64,000 nucleotides of DNA, from positions 98,706,001-98,770,000 of the forward strand of contig NC_058368.1 of NCBI RefSeq assembly GCF_018350175.1, written 5' to 3'. The notes under the pieces are model-generated. The model was not told where the DNA came from, did not search any database, and worked only from the letters and a program-made list of their open reading frames with translations. The translations under genes were made by a program, and so were the position numbers. Below are positions 62,213 through 64,000 of the stretch, piece by piece; positions within the stretch are counted from its first letter, which is position 1; each line of letters starts with the position of its first letter. This DNA is from Felis catus (lineage: Eukaryota).

Positions 62213-62736
62213 GAAACTTAACAGAAGACCATGGGGGGAGGGGAAGGGGGGAAAAAAGTTACAGAGATGGAAGGAGGCAAACCATAAGAGACTGTTAAAA
62301 ACTGAGAATAAACTGAGGGTTCATGGGGGGGAGAAGGGAGGGGAAAGTGGGTGATGGGCATTGAGTAGGGCACCCGTTGGAATGAGCACTGGGTGTTGTA
62401 TGGAAACCAATTTGACAGTAAATTTCATATTAAAAAAAAGAATTGATGATGATTACATTTGCATTCAAAATAGGAGGCAGAAGTGAACAGTAGTTGGTGC
62501 AAAGCTGTCCAACAAGTAGAAACACAAAACTGTAGACATGTCTTCAAGGTGAAGATTTGTTTACTGCTTGAACAGTTCAAATTTTATACACAGTTTAGTA
62601 GTTAGAAAAAAATGGCTAGCATACTAATTTATGGTTTTATATCCTGAAAAAAGGCATTTTAATCTATTAATTATAGGGCTGTTTCTATTAGGCTAGATTT
62701 TACTAATCTATTTTTAATGATAAAACTACAATTCTT

Positions 62737-62899
62737 GGGGTGCCTGAGTGCCTCAATTGGTTAAGCGTACAACTCTTGATTTTGGCTCAGTTCATGATCT
62801 CACAGTTTGTGGGATCAAACCCTCCATCAGGCTCTGCACTGACAACATGGACCCTGCTTGAGATTCTCTCTCTCCCTATCTGCCTCTCCCCTGCTTCTG

Positions 62900-62955
<56 letters not shown>

Positions 62956-62986
62956 GTCTCTTTCTCTCAAAATGAATAAACTTAAA
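62737..62986 (+). mobile_element. CanSINE (tandem pair, first)
   Basis: Flanked by AAAACTACAATTCTT and AAAATTACATTTCTT. Confidence 0.93.
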
Positions 62987-63001
62987 AAAATTACATTTCT
63001 T

Positions 63002-63205
63002 GAGGCGCCTGGGTGACTCAGTCGGTTAAGCGTCCAATTTTGGCTCAGGTCAGGAACTCACAGTTCATGGGTTCAAGCCCTGTGCTGGGCTCTGTGCTGA
63101 CAGCTCAGAGCCTGGAGCCTGCTTTGGGTTCTGTGCCTCCCTCTCTCTCTGCCCCTTCTGCCCTCACTCTCTGTCTCTGTCTCTCAAATATCAATAAACA
63201 TTAAA
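63002..63205 (+). mobile_element. CanSINE (tandem pair, second)
   Basis: Flanked by AAAATTACATTTCTT and AAAATTATATTTCTT. Confidence 0.94.
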
Positions 63206-64000
63206 AAAATTATATTTCTTTCAAAAGTATATTGTGATAATTATTAAGCTTTCCTAAACTTCTAGATGGTATTTCATTAATTTTTTGTTAATTTTAATTT
63301 AATTCAATTTATTTTTTTATTTTTAATTCTGCTGTGATCCAAGGTTCTGTGGTTGTGTTTGACCCATACAAAATAAAATGAGATTAACCCATTTTTGGTT
63401 GGAGTTTTGGAGTGTAAACTGAGATCTTCATTCTCATTATCATCCTGGAATCAGAAAGTTGTCAAAAAGAAGATGTCTGCTGCTGGTCTCGGTATTCTGT
63501 GAGGCAAATTAAACCTCAGAACTGCTTATATTCAGAATAGAGCTGACTCTTCATCTTGGGAAGATCTTATCTCCCAAAAATATGTGCTTTCCTTTTATAA
63601 GAATGGATATTCTTCATCAATTTACATCCCTTGGCTTCCCCTTTCAAACTATTCAGGGATATTTGTCAAATCATGTGGAAACTGATAATGATAATCTCAG
63701 GATGAGGAGTCATTCATCCAGGCTTTTAGACCATGAAAAGTTTCAAGATTAAAATAATAGGAATACAGGCATGAAAGTAGACTGGAAGCAATATATATTT
63801 TATCAAATCATTCCTGTGTTTCTCTTAGAAAAGCAGTTCCTTACCATTTAGTGTATAGATTTGTAGCCGAGAAGGTAATGGGTTGTGTCCATCACTCTCC
63901 ATATGTCTGCTAGCCAGGTCAATAAATTCCCTTGCACAACGAAGGTAACTGGTTCAAAATTCACCTGCCTTGAAATACTCTATTTCAATGCTGAACTCTT

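Larger units (their letters stand above)
56379..62438 (+). mobile_element. Full-length felid LINE-1 (L1_Fc-like), inactive
   Basis: GC/CpG-richer 5'UTR (56379-57246), then ORF1, ORF2 (EN/RT/C-terminal), a G-rich 3'UTR and a short A-tail. Probable TSD AGAATTG at 56372-56378 and 62439-62445. Confidence 0.97.

Noticed and set aside
2239..63204. Recurrent short ORFs such as MAQSVEHLTSAQVMIS...SGSVLTAQSLEPASDS that look like a peptide family
   Set aside because: All are translations of CanSINE bodies, usually from GTG/TTG starts. They are not genes.
2228..63205. tRNA-like A/B-box sequences (GGTGGCTCAGTCGGTTAAG, GAGTTCGAGCCC)
   Set aside because: These are tRNA-derived SINE heads followed by (CT)n and A-tails, not tRNA genes.
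63657..63752. Acceptor-like site followed by 31 open codons (GYLSNHVETDND...)
   Set aside because: Short, unrecognised and within chance expectation.
1..64000. CRISPR array, prokaryotic operon, endogenous viral coding genes or numt
   Set aside because: I saw no regularly spaced repeats, no gene-dense coding, and no gag/pol/env or mitochondrial-like sequence. The LTRs present are solo or fragmentary.

Overview
Mammalian genomic DNA from a carnivore, almost certainly a felid, judged from feline-type CanSINEs and feline-type LINE-1. It is not microbial. The window is AT-rich, repeat-dense and looks like a long intron or an intergenic stretch. I could not recognise any host protein-coding exon, RNA gene, CRISPR array or viral gene. 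Contents: about 43 tRNA-derived CanSINEs, three from a very young near-identical subfamily; one full-length but decayed ~6 kb L1 (56379-62438) with a SINE in ORF2 and a deletion at the RT F-A-D-D motif; several truncated L1s, three 5'-inverted; two Tigger-derived MITEs; MaLR/ERVL solo LTRs; and MIR/L2 relics. Repeat-free blocks between them carry unproven splice-site-flanked segments and palindromes. The most unusual structures are a tandem pair of inverted L1s, one of which joins a 5'UTR sliver to the 3' end across about 5 kb, and a SINE inserted antiparallel inside another SINE to make a fold-back. I found no convincing new biological system. Repeat subfamily names come from recalled consensus features and need Dfam/RepeatMasker confirmation. 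Boundaries of old repeats are approximate.
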